Shown: positions 13,056 through 24,853 of the stretch, piece by piece | Layout: each line of letters begins with the position of its first letter | How positions within the stretch are numbered: the stretch's first letter is position 1 | Assembly (NCBI GenBank): GCA_013265495.1 | Contig: MU058463.1 | Span: forward strand, 3,765,037 to 3,829,036 | Origin: Vicugna vicugna | Lineage: Eukaryota | Reading direction: 5' to 3' | Length of the DNA stretch: 64,000 nucleotides | Notes under the pieces: model-generated | Told to the model about the DNA's origin: nothing | Database searches by the model: none | Seen by the model: only the letters and a program-made list of their open reading frames with translations | Translations under genes and position numbers: made by a program

Positions 13056-15559
13056 TTGGCACTGTGAGCAGCCTCATCACAGCTGTCAGGGCTATCAGAT
13101 TAAATACTACCCAAAATAAAAGGTGGGGTTCCAGAAGTAAAACAAAAGCCATGCCAAAACAGATAAACACACACCCTCCTTTGAAGATTACTGCCAAGTG
13201 TCTTTAAAATATTGCCAAAGAAAACTTCTCATCCAGGTTTCCTTCATCTTAATCTTCCCTGTTCTAATTCTAAACACCCCGGCTGTTGCTTGCAGCACCA
13301 CAGTTCTACTTTGAGCTTTAAAAACATACTAGGGAACTGACTGGCTGAACTCTGAGTGATGCCATTTTATTGTCACCTGACTACCATCTTAGGGAGAAGA
13401 GAAAAGAAGCATGAAGTTGAGGTATCTGGCCATATGTGAGACCACAAAAGGTGGTCTGACAAGCTCACAGCACATCTGTGTGTTTCCCTGCTGGCTTGTC
13501 CAGTATCTTCTTCTTTGAGAAGACGACAAAAACATCCCTGACTGGTTGTCACACCTAGATTCTCTGATTAATGGACCTGTCATTGTGGGAAGCTGTCCAG
13601 TCTAAACTGTGAGATCATTAAACCCTAGAAAAGCCATGAAAATATTGTTTGGCTTCCTGCCAAAAGGAATATTAAGTGGCTCTGAATCACAGTTCCAGAC
13701 CACCAGCCAAGAGTGACCGCAAAGCAAATTCCTACTCATTTAGAAGATCAACAAGGTAGTAATTCTCCCCCAGAGTAATAACTCTTGTTATGGTAGCAAG
13801 CCCTGATCATTCTTCTTTTCTAAGACAGGGGAAAGACAGCCTCAGATGCTCAAAAATGGCCAGAAATATGACAAGGATAATGTCTTTGGGTCAAAAGTGG
13901 AGTGCTTGATGCCTGAAATTCAAACATTAATCCAATTTCCTTTTTTAAAAAAATTACCACATGCTATTCTATAATAAAGTGAATATTTGATTGTATTAAG
14001 CCTACAGACTAATTTGATTGTATTAACCTATAAGCTAAAAATTGTCCCAATTTCAGCCTAATACCTGTACATCATTATAATTCGTAGCATTACTAAATTC
14101 AGACAAAATACCAGGACCAGATAGAAACATGGAAACAAACATGATCATGTGTTTGGTCCCTTGAAATCTGAGTCCCAGAAAGGAGGTGTTCAGTAGTTGG
14201 TCAGCTGGGGAGGCAGAAGGGAGTCAGGACTATGATCCCCACATCGTCCTTAAAGGGGCACTAGCACCCACGTCCTAAAAGAAGCCATGAGAGTGAATTT
14301 TCCCAATTTCTTTTCAATGAACAAATTCTTTTGAGTTGGACATATCTTCATCTAAACATCCTCATGCACTTTTCATTTTGGGCACTAGAGGGAAACAAAG
14401 TAAGAAAAATGGTGAGGTCTAACGTATTAAGCTATTAAAAGAGCTCTATTCCTCTCATTATATTAATGTAGTCTTGTTACTTTAGAAGAGAAGAAAGCTT
14501 TCAGATAGTAGCCTGGTTTCAAAATATGCCCGTTTGGGTTTTATTTCACAATATTCCAATCCCATTTCTCACAACAAAATCTACAGCGGAATCTCAGAAG
14601 ATCCATACCTCAGGGGGAAGCAGGGAAAAAAAAAAAAAATGAAGCTGTAAGTCAGGTTCCAGAAGGGTTTAGGTTACACAAGCTTATTAACAGAGCCCTA
14701 TTTAAATTCTTTTTGGGAAATTAGACGTAGGAGCATATTTGTTATGAACAGGAGGAAACAACCCCATTCTTGGCTTCAGCTTTCTTTTTAAGCACACCAG
14801 TAGGATCATGGCTTTTAGAAATGAAAGAAAAAGCAGCATTACCATTTACTGCGCACACTTCATCACCATTTCCCCACAGAGAAAACGTGTCTGGGATTTT
14901 CATTACTGATGTAACAAGTGTCATTAAGCCTTCCCAGTCTTACGCCCTCCCATCTGCTTGTCCGTTTCCATCTTCAAATGGAGAAAAATTTCAGGTGAAG
15001 CAAGCTTCGTCGTCTACGTACTACCCCCATGATTGTTTATTGAGATATTGAGATGTAATTATAATGTTTGAATTTGAACTTGTAACTAGCCTCATCCAAC
15101 CAAATTTCAAACTAGGGATTATTCTTATTGAAAGAAAAAAAAGCCACTGGTTCTCAGTAAATTTAATCAAAGTATTTGGTGAAGTAATACTTGATTTTAA
15201 AATATATACATGAAATGTGTGTGTGATAGTTTTTAAGAGCCAGCTATTGTTAGAATAAAAAAAAAGTGATAAATGCCCATTTTATTTATTTGAATTATCT
15301 TTGTAAAGACAAAATATATGTATTTTGAGTGCTGGTGTACATTTAGTATTTACTTGCAGAGCTGAATGAGTATAAGTTAAGTCAGTCTTTTCTGGATCCT
15401 TAAAATCTGGGACGTTATAAGTTAAACAGTGTTTGGTGTCCCTAAATTGTTCCATATAGTAATAGGAAGATTCTGGAAAAGCAGCATTGCCCCTGTGTTT
15501 CATTTATTCCTGATTTCAAAACTTCACAGCCCTCACATATCCTATGGATTATTTGAATT

Positions 15560-15582
15560 AAATAATAATAATAATAATAATA
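15560..15582. repeat. (AAT)n microsatellite
   Basis: Direct observation. Confidence 0.9.
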
Positions 15583-16074
15583 GTGGCAGCATTTTCTTTT
15601 GTCTTCAGGTTTTACGTTTGTGACTCTCAAAGAAAATTTGTAGAAATACAGTGAACCATGCTCTATAGAGATTTGCCTGAAATAGAAAGGGAAAGCGAAT
15701 GTTGTAATAAAATATTGCAAACATATTTACAGTTTGCACAATTATTTCTAGGGTGTAAGCTCCGTGAGAGTAATGGCTTCCAATGCCCTGCCCTGTATTG
15801 TGTCCCTATCACCAGGACAGTGCTGAGTACATGCAGGGCACTCAGTTTTGGCTGAATCAATGTAAGTAGGGCTTGAGCAATGAAAAATGGAAAATCTGTC
15901 CTTACCTGAAAAACAGAAATTAACAGGAAAGTTTAAATTGCATAAATTCTAAATATTCTGACTCATGTATAGGCTGGTCTAAGTACGCAGAGCCTTATCT
16001 GACCCCAAAGCTGTGAAAGCCATTGAAAGATTAAATAGAAAAGGGAAAAGAACCGTTAATATTATGCCCATTAT

Positions 16075-16181
16075 GTGATCGCTTTGGCAGCACATATACT
16101 AAAACTGCAACTGTGCAGCGAAGATTAGCAAGGCACCTGCTCAAGGACGACACACAAACTCATGAAGCATTCCATATTTTT
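16075..16181 (+). pseudogene. RNU6: Full-length U6 snRNA retropseudogene (5' part of U6/L1 chimera)
   Basis: gtgatcgctttggcagcacatatactaaaa...aagcattccatattttt aligns ungapped over 107 nt to vertebrate U6, with 16 substitutions by manual count. The ACAGAGA box reads GCAGCGA. Confidence 0.95.
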
Positions 16182-16358
16182 GTAAACAACAAGACCCTAC
16201 TCTATAGCACAGGGAACTATATTCAATATCTTGTAATAACCTATAATGGAAAAAAATCTGAAAAAGAATATATATATATAAAAATCACTTTGCTGTACAC
16301 TAGAAACTAATACATTTTAAATCAACTATACTTCAATTAAAATTTTTTTAAATAAAGA
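16182..16358 (+). mobile_element. L1 3' terminus fused to U6, with degenerate A-tail and TSD
   Basis: taaacaacaagaccctactctatagcacagggaactatattcaa matches the L1 3' UTR at ~63067 in this window. TSD attatgcccat(t/a)at lies at 16061-16074 and 16359-16372. Confidence 0.9.
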
Positions 16359-16478
16359 ATTATGCCCATAATAGATGAGAAAGCTGATTTACTCTAGTTT
16401 TCACAGAGGTAAATGGCAGAGATGGAACTTAATCCCCATCTTTCTGAACCCAAAGCTTGTGGGCTCTACCACTACTCC
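16359..16478 (-). mobile_element. MIR fragment (target of the U6/L1 insertion)
   Basis: attatgcccat..atagatgagaaagctga...gtaaatggcagagatggaactt...tctgaacccaaagc. Confidence 0.6.
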
Positions 16479-16601
16479 AACTCAAGCCAAGAGGAGGAAC
16501 AAAATTCGGGTTACAGTAATTTAAACAGTGATGTTTTCTCACTAAAGCCAAGACAGAAGGTCAAGACTAATGAATGGAAGACAGAATTAGGGAGCATACA
16601 A

Positions 16602-16908
16602 ATTTTTTTAACATTTTTTTCTTGAGTTATAGTCATTTTACAATGTTGTGTCAAGTTCCAGTGTAGAGCACAATTTTTCAGTTATAGATGAACATACTAT
16701 TCATTGTCACTTTTTTTTTGGCTGTGAGCTACCACAAGATCTTGTACATATTCTCCTGTGCTATACGGTATAATCTTGTGTATCTATTCTGCATATGCCT
16801 GTCAGTATCTACAAATTTTGAACTCACAGTCTGTCCCTTCCCACTCCCCTCTCCCTTGGCAACCACAAGTTTGTATTCTACATATATGAGTCTGTTTCTG
16901 TGTTGTGT
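16602..16908 (-). mobile_element. Young 5'-truncated L1 3' end (camelid L1-like)
   Basis: T-rich tail then ttgagttatagtcattttacaatgttgtgtcaagttccagtgtagagc. The 15-bp TSD is ttagggagcatacaa (16587-16601) / ttagggagcacacaa (16909-16923). Confidence 0.9.
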
Positions 16909-17035
16909 TTAGGGAGCACACAATTTTTAACAAATTGGTTGAAATAGATGAGATCCATTACCCTGGCTTAACTATTTCTAAAATGTAAATAAAATACATG
17001 ATAAATATCCTTCACATCAGTGCTTCTCTGGGGTC

Positions 17036-17412
17036 TTGCAGCAACGTGGATGGACTGAGAGTACCATACTAAGTGAATTAAGTCAGTCAGAGAAAGATAA
17101 GTATTATTTGATATCACTTATATGTGGAATATAAAAAATACAAACAAATCTATATACAAAACAGACTCACAGACATAGAAAACAAACTTACAGATATCAC
17201 AGGGGAAAAGGGGGGGAGAGGGCTAAATGAGGAGAATGAGATTAACAGATACAAGTGGCCATACATAAAACAGATAAGCAACAAGGATTAACATGGGGAA
17301 CTATATTTAATATCTTAAAATAATCTATAATGGAAAATAATCCAAAAAAATATACAGCTGAATTACTTTGCTGTACACCTGTGCATAACGATACTTCAAT
17401 TTAAAAAAAAAA
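17036..17412 (+). mobile_element. L1 3' end (artiodactyl L1-like), ORF2 end plus 3' UTR plus polyA
   Basis: ttgcagcaacgtggatggac...atactaagtga...cagagaaagataag...tcacttatatgtggaat...cagactcacagacatagaaaacaaactta; ends in an A-tract. Confidence 0.9.
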
Positions 17413-17520
17413 GAAAGCAGATTCTAATTCAGCTGGTTTGGGGTGGGGCTGAAGATTCTGCATTTCTAACAGTGTCCTGGGGGAGGCAGATCTTAGTATC
17501 CACAGACTGCTCTGTACATC
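17413..17520. mobile_element. MER5A-like hAT DNA transposon fragment
   Basis: gcagattctaattcagctggtttggggtggggctgaagattctgcatttctaacag. Confidence 0.7.
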
Positions 17521-17875
17521 ACAGAGCTTCACCTGATACCTGTTTGAAATACCAGGTAAGAACTCCATCTCTCTGCTTTGTCAAATGAAGCAAGACGTTT
17601 TCAGGTTTCACCAGCTTGAAACAGGTATGGTAATTGCCAGTTGTACCAGAAATTAAAGCAATCACAACAGGCTTAAAGTAAGATTTTGGAGATTAGAAAT
17701 GGGGTTTAGGTGGAGTAATAATTATGCAAATACTCCAGGACACCTCCCTCTGGTTTCCTTTTGGAGCCTGGCATAGTCCCTCAATTTCTTACCACTCACA
17801 AAACTAAAATATAACCACAATAATGGAGTTTCATACAGTATAATGGTAGAACATGCTACAAATCATGATATTTCC

Positions 17876-18272
17876 AAGAGATCAGATTTGTGGTGACCAG
17901 ACGCAGAGTTTTAGGGGAGAGGAAATTGGATGAAGGTAGTCAAAAGGTACAAACTTCCAGTCATAAGATAAATAATTACTAGGGATGTAATGTACAACAT
18001 GATGACTACAGTTAACACTGCTTTATGCTATATATGAAAGCTGTCAAGAGAGCAGACCCTAAAAGTTCTCATCACAAGGACAAAAAGTTTTTTTCTTTTT
18101 CTTTTTTCTTCTGGTAATCTATATGAGATGATGGATGTTAACTAAACTTACTGTGGTAATCATTTCATAATACATATACATATATTATATATGTCTCAAA
18201 TCATTATGCTGTACACATTAAACTTACATAGTGCTGTATGTTAACTATATCTCAATAAAACTTGGGGGGGAA
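17876..18272 (+). mobile_element. L1MA9/10-like L1 3' end
   Basis: ggatgaaggtagtcaaaaggtacaaacttccagtcataagataaataa...gggatgtaatgtacaacatg...ctatatctcaataaaact. Confidence 0.85.
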
Positions 18273-18419
18273 AGAATTCTGATTTTCCATATCATCTTTT
18301 CCATATTGGAATACAGCATATGGAGGATCATACTAATTTTTTTAATCTAATGTGTGATCCCCACCTGCTCTTCTTAAAGACAGCAATGAAGTTGTAGTTA
18401 TAGTAGTATCTTCCTTGTT

Positions 18420-18640
18420 TGTTAAGCTGGTGTTTATTAAGGGCATACAATGTGTAAATAGTACACCAAGTATTTAAGCAAATTACTTCCTTTCTCTTCA
18501 CAATAATCCTATAAGAACCACTATTACACCCATTTTAGAGATGATGCAGCTTTCCCAAAGTAACATAGCTGGTAAATGAGAGAGTCAGAGTTCCCCAAGA
18601 TCTGCCTGAATCCAAAGCCCAAGCTCTTATACTCACTATG
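18420..18640 (-). mobile_element. MIR SINE
   Basis: tttattaagggcatacaatgtg...cttcacaataatcctataag...cccattttagagatga...tctgcctgaatccaaagccc. Confidence 0.75.
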
Positions 18641-19759
18641 CCCTGAGAGATCCTTTTCTGACAGAAAGGAGTATGTTTTCTTCTGAATATTTATAAAGAG
18701 CAAGTTAGAGGGTCATTTTTATAAGCCATTTTCAAGCCAAGAAGGCATTTCTGGCTTCCTAGGGGAAGTGATGCTGCTCGTCCTGGACTGGACCACTGAT
18801 AACCTCAAGGGTACCTGATTTTAATTTACGTGATGGTGATTCTGACACTGTGCACCTATCAGCTCCAAATTTAATTTGTAGCTGCAGCTACCATAAGCAG
18901 TGCCCTCCCACTGCTAGCTACTCTATCTCTACAATGACAAGTATATAAGTACATTTGTTTTGTTTTGTTTTGTTTTTATATCATGCAAATAAGGCTTATT
19001 CATGAAACCTCTCACTTTTAATCTGGATCATTAGGCATATGAAGATAGAGGCTTTCTGGAAGAGGCTGGAATAGGGAGGCAGAGACTCACAGGATAAAGA
19101 CATCCCAGGGGGACAAGTGGTCCAGAAAGCTCCAGGCAGTGCCCAGAAGCCCAGAGTGGCATAAGGGTTCGGTGGTGAGTGTCTCAGTACCAAGGACACA
19201 GTACTGGGGACTCCAGTGGACATAAAGCTGGATGTGGTAGACATCAGGGGCAGATGCTGACAGGACCTCAGAGAAAGACTCAGGGCATTGTCCCCCACAG
19301 GAATGGTGGACTTTGGCCCTAGAGGACCCATTTAATGAAGTTTAAGGCAAGGGCTTGTTTAAAAAAAAAATGTCAAAGTTTAGAATTAAGTAAAGGAAGT
19401 TCACAGCATGTGACCAAATACTGAGAATCCACACCATAGAACCAGATTTTCTTAAATTTCTTCCAACTCAGATTGAAATCAATCCTCAATCAGGCGTGCA
19501 CCTGATCCTTTGGGGAATCTGCTATGGGAGTTTAACAAATATGGGTTTAGGAAGCCAAGCAGATCATTAAAATTATATCTTCTTCGCCTGAACTTCTAAT
19601 TCACTGATTGAAATAAAAGAACTTCTTTTGTGATAATTAATTAAATACTGTGTTTTAAGAAACCAAGCAATTGGAGATGTCTCTGAAATACTTAAATGAA
19701 CATTTAAGTGCATTTTACATCGTGTCTTATTTTACAGGTTGACTCACAGCTCCCTAGAC

Positions 19760-20220
19760 ACAGGACGGCAAAGTCTGCTATTTGTCCCCAAGTAACTAGC
19801 TGGTCTCCCTTCTTCCTGGGCACATCACTGTACACAGTAAAGAGTGTAGCTCTCAGTTTCCCTTACAGATAGGCATAGCCCTGTGACTAAGTTCTGGCTG
19901 GTGGGATGTGAGCAGAATACTGGATGAAGCACAAGGAAGTGTCTGTAAATGATGGGAACATGCCCTTCTCCATTTTCTCATTCCCAGTGTCTGCATGGGG
20001 CCGTACTAGCATGGCTTGAGAAATGGAGACCATGGATGAAGGAAAACCTGGATAGAAGCCTGGGTCCTGGAGCACTTCAAGTAGCAGAGCTGCCTGCCAG
20101 CAGAGCCATGGAATGCCTATAGCCAGGCATTAATGGGAGAGAGAAGTGAACTTCCTTAATTAAGGCTCTGTCATTTGAGTTTTATTGATAGCTGCCACCA
20201 AACCCAACTCAGTAATTCAC
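19760..20220 (+). mobile_element. MLT1J-like MaLR LTR
   Basis: cccttcttcctgggcac...ctgtgactaagttctggctggtgggatgtgagcagaa...gaagcctgggtcctg...gagagagaagtgaacttc. Confidence 0.7.
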
Positions 20221-22094
20221 TGTGCCACCATCTTTGCAAAAGTCACATCAAGGGAAAAGTACTGCTGCTAAGTGGTTTCAGCGACTATCAACAGACAAAG
20301 TGGTAGAAATGAGGGTAAATCTATGGGAAATCACTTCAGATATCATCCGTGTCAGCCACATAACATTCGGCTGAATGCAACATACAAGCTGAACGGTGAA
20401 ATTAACATTCCCAGCATAAAGCATGCTTACTTTATGTTTACTTCTTTGAGAAACTGTCACAGTCACCAAATTTTCTTACATAGACATAGACACTGAACAA
20501 TCTGTAAACCCCTATTGCTCAGTACAAAAAGTTTAATAAAATCAATGAAACTGAAGGAAAAAAATAACTAACTAGGGACCAGAAAACTCTCCTACTGACG
20601 AACAAAAGGGTTAGTGGACCATTAAGGTGAGAGAGAAAGTTTATACTAATCTTCCTCTGGCATCCACAGTAATAAAAGTGCCTTCATCAGTGGCTGAATG
20701 ATTCTCTGCAAAACTGTGAAAGAAGGAAAATTAACAACTGACACCCACCACCTTTCTAGGTGGGTTCTTCATATTATTTTCTAGCACTCACACTATTTTC
20801 AGTCCTAATGTTTTTATGATATATTTTGGCTGTCCCTACACACACACAGACACACACATACACACCTTACTAAGATACGATTCCATTCTCCAGACTTGTT
20901 GTCTCATTAGTATAACAGGAGTTGATAACTTTATATATATTAGCTCATTCAAATCTATGAACTACATGACTACAAGGTATCTTTATTATCGCCATTTAAG
21001 ATGAAACTGTGAATTGCTGACCTAGTAAATTGTGAAACTGGAATCCAAACCCAGGTAGTCTGACTTAACCTGAGTTTGTTCTACAAATATATCCCATTCC
21101 CTCAGGAATGTTTGTGAAATGAAAATTGTTAGCATTTATCAGATAATTCTATCTCTCACAAGACCCAACTCCTCAGCCTAGCTAAAATGTGTCTTCTTAA
21201 GGGAAACCAATAATTCAGAACTTATTAGTCTATTTGAAGAGTATTTTGGGAAGGGGGCCATCACCATCACTCAAATCATGCTCTTCGGACATTCAACCAA
21301 GGTGATCTTCCATCAGAATCCTGTGTGTGACCATGATTGAGCTACCAATACATAATATGAACATTAGAAAGTAAGTTAGTTTTGCCATTTTTAAAATGAG
21401 GCTAGTAAGAGTGAGCCCTGCTATACCTGAGCACAATAATACATTCAAAATTTTTGAAATGGCTTCCTTTTCTCTTTTATGAGGCCCAAACCCTTGATCT
21501 AAGGAAACTGCTGGAATTTTATTATGTCCAGCTTAGTACTGAGCTGCTATTCTTCCAGATCACTTATACTTCATTGTTATCTTCACTCTACCATTGATTT
21601 TTTTTTCTCTGTACTGCTAGCCTTTTGAATCTGGCAAATACAGACATTAAAAAGACGTTTTATCTATTGTGATCATGACATACAGTATCCAAGCTCTGAT
21701 GCTGAGGCTTTAAGCAAAGGCACTATTCAGAGAAGCTACTCCTTATAAAGTTATATTTATAATAATAATTGATATTTTACAATTGGTGAGATGGATTATA
21801 TTTTGCCCCTGTTTGCAATGAAAAAAGGGATGCTCAGAGAGATACCATGATTGCCCAGGATTAACCAGTGGATGAGGAAGGAACCAGAATGCATCCAGAT
21901 TACCTGACTCCAAACTTCATGCTCCTTCTATTACACTGAGGTGTCATGTCTTTACCAGATTTAAAGGGTCTGTGTTTGTAATAGTAAAAAGTAGTCCATA
22001 AATTATATCTTTAAAGTCAATGAAAATCTTGATTCAATTTATAAAACTCACTAAAAATCCAATCAATGTTTCCATAAATATATTCACTTACATC

Positions 22095-22930
22095 TTTGGC
22101 CAATGCAAGTTTTATGGTGTCTGTTGCCCATTCTCTCTTCTGCTGGAAACTGGGAAACTGATCAACCATATCTGGTGAGAGACAGCAGCCATTCTGTGTA
22201 TGTGGGATTCCATTCCCAACCCCTTGTACATGGGATTGGACAGAGCAAGGCACTTGTCTAAATGTCAGCCAATCCACCAGTCTGCTAGGAACTGATGTCA
22301 ATAAGGCCCAGCCTAAAAAGATGAGCTGAGCCAAAGAGATTCCTCCTTTGAGAATATGGGACGGAGTTAGTTGCAAAGCCAGTGCTATCCTGTAGAAAGT
22401 ATCAGGACAGCCATGATGCCCCCCTGGCAAGCTGAAGTTATGAGGAAATGAAAATAGAACATATAAATAATAAAAGCCGTCATTTATGATACTAGCTATG
22501 TGTTTCACATTCTTAGTTTATTTACCCTATGAAGTTATTACTGTTGCTAACAACTCCCCACCCCTGCATTTTGCTGAAGAGAATCCTGAGGCACAGAGGA
22601 ATTAAGAAACTTGTCCAAGGTCACACAGCCAGTAAGATTACTAGCAGGGAGAACAAGACTGAAACCCAAGCCACGTGCTTTGCTGCCAGATTGATTTCAC
22701 ATAAAGGCAGCTTCGTGTACAGACATGGAGAAGATAATAAATGATGACACACATGCAAATAGAAGCAGCAAGTCACAAGAGAGAATGACTCAAGAGCAGG
22801 TGGAGAGAGAGCAATGATTGACAAAAGGCATCCCAGCTATATTTTACTCCTCTTCTGAGATGCCCATGAATTCCTGATTATGTCCTTACATAGGACAGCT
22901 TAGTGCGTCTGTTCCTTGTAAATGAGAGAG
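22095..22930 (+). mobile_element. Old ERVL-like LTR interrupted by a MIR (~22480-22690, minus strand)
   Basis: LTR-type motifs cagccaatc, gagctgagccaaagagattcctc and terminal gtctgttccttg. MIR core ctgaggcacagaggaattaagaaacttgtccaaggtcacacagc. Confidence 0.45.
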
Positions 22931-23318
22931 CCCAAAATAAAATAATATGACTCATTTTGGTACTTTCTAAATACAGTATCCAAAGGGACTAAAAGTTATA
23001 TTACTGTCTATTTCTTGTCTGAGGTAAAGACTGGCTCTCGTACAGATTAATGATCCCAACACGGAAGAGACGGTACAGAAATATGCACACAAAGAAGTAT
23101 GTGTAAGTTCAAGAGTATCATGAGATTAGAGTTAAACTGAATAAACTCCCAACTGTTGACAGTAAATCATGAAAACTTCCTGAAGAAATAAAGCATAAGC
23201 AGGGACATAAGGGGAGGTAGCATCGTGTTTATTTAACATACAACTTGAACCAGGGTGAATGGAACACCCGGCCTCAATGGAGAGGCGGGAAAGGTATGGG
23301 GAGGGCTGCATAATAAAA

Positions 23319-23347
23319 TGTGTGTGTGTGTGTGTGTGTGTGTGTGT
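23319..23347. repeat. (TG)14 microsatellite
   Basis: Direct observation. Confidence 0.95.
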
Positions 23348-24329
23348 CTGCGCTATCTCAATGCAGAGGAAAGAAAATGATGAAAAAGAATAATCAATAT
23401 GAAGTGAGGTGTTGTACAAGAGCCCAGGCTAGGTTAATGGATTTGTCTAGTTTTATAAAAATCGATTATTTTTGGCTGCTGCTTCAGTTAAAGCACTTAA
23501 AACAAACAAAAATTTATTTTCATGAAGCCATCACTAAATTCTCATTTTATGACATTTAACCAAATAATGAGCATCCTGAAATCCAATGTCTCCTTGCCAG
23601 CTGTCTTCCAGCCACAGTGTTCCTTTCTTGCTGTGCTATGTGCTACCACCTACTAGCACCCAACAAATACATGTGTACTGAATAAATAAATGAGTGTTCT
23701 CTCTCCATTCAAATATGAGATAACATCTATAAAAAATTTAAATCCCATACAAATTTTTTTAAATGAATTGCTTACATGCATGTCTTATGAAACCAAAAAT
23801 TCTTTGCTCGTGTCTCCCTGCCTTATGCACCCCCACCAGACAATCTATTCATGTCGTGTCATAGGCTTTTTGTGACTGCAAAAAAAGATCAGTTATAATA
23901 TGAATTTTTAATTAAAAGCAGATTAGGTTTCACCCTAAAATAAAGTGTTGGCTATACTTTGTACATATGTTCCAAATAACATCCCAGTCCTATCTAACAT
24001 AGAAGCCCCAATAGGCTGGATTCAAGGAACCATAATGCTAAAAATACAAACTAAAAACACTAGCTATACAGAAAGAAAAGAAAAGAATAGCAGTTCATAA
24101 CTACCCACCCTGTAAGCAATTGCCTTATAAAATACTGTTGAGAGTCTTCTCCGAACTTCTCAGAGAACTGAACGGAAAAACTGCAGAATAAAGCTCTTTG
24201 ACCCTTTGTTAGAACATATATATTCCCCTAATGTTTGCTAATCTATTCCAAATGCTAAAGAAAATATTCAGTCTAAACAGTTGTACGGATAAATGGAGAT
24301 TTGTATAATTACAGATTAGCATCAGCACA

Positions 24330-24740
24330 TGCAGTGTTTATGCAGCATAAGCAAAATGACAGGTAACCGAGAAAATTTTATCTCAGGGTGAGTAAGCAGA
24401 CCAAAGACAATTTTGAAAACAATGATGAGTGCTATAAGATGTTTCAATATATTATAAAGCTATAATATTTAAGATAGTCAACTTGGCTTAAAATATAATT
24501 ATACATTTTTATATTTATATACAAGTAAACAGAACTTCGGTTATATCATAGATAAAATGTTCAAAATAGTATAAAGATTTAAATTTAAAAATTAAACCAT
24601 TAAAAAAAGAAGCAGAAAGAATAGAAGTGCTGGAAATACTGACAGAAAATCATTTGAACCCTGTATGTCCAACAATTAAATGACAAATTTGGAAAAACAT
24701 TTGCAACAAATTCAGTAAAGAGTTAATATCCTTGAAGCAT
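24330..24740 (+). mobile_element. Ancient L1ME-like ORF2 fragment, continues at ~27235-27560 and ~28275-28470
   Basis: tgacaaatttggaaaaacatttgcaaca...aaagagttaatatcctt continues after Tigger1 with tggcaaagagatga, and later gaagcaatttgacagcat / tcaaaagtctctaaaatgttcata...cccagtcattccacttctgga. Confidence 0.55.
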
Positions 24741-24751
24741 GTGCATATTTA

Positions 24752-24853
24752 ACTGCACAACAATGTGAATGCACTTAATGCCACAGAACTGTGCATTTAA
24801 GAATGGTTAAAATGGTAAATTTTGTTATATATATATTTATCACAATAAAAAAA
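24752..24853 (+). mobile_element. Short L1MB-like 3' terminus
   Basis: tgcacaacaatgtgaatgcacttaatgccacagaactgtgcatttaagaatggttaaaatggtaaattt...cacaataaaaaaa. Confidence 0.8.

Noticed and set aside
14742..14990. Minus-strand 60-aa ORF and possible 28-nt microexon (14944-14971)
   Set aside because: The acceptor is a weak AAG, the peptides are unrecognised and there is no supporting evidence. Compatible with chance.
16075..16181. Functional U6 gene
   Set aside because: 16 substitutions including the ACAGAGA box, fusion to L1 and a flanking TSD, so upstream PSE/TATA promoter context is not expected.
22017..22508. Longest ORFs in the track (163 aa here; 160 aa at 35343-35825)
   Set aside because: They overlap old LTR/MIR sequence, have no protein-like composition and no recognisable domain.
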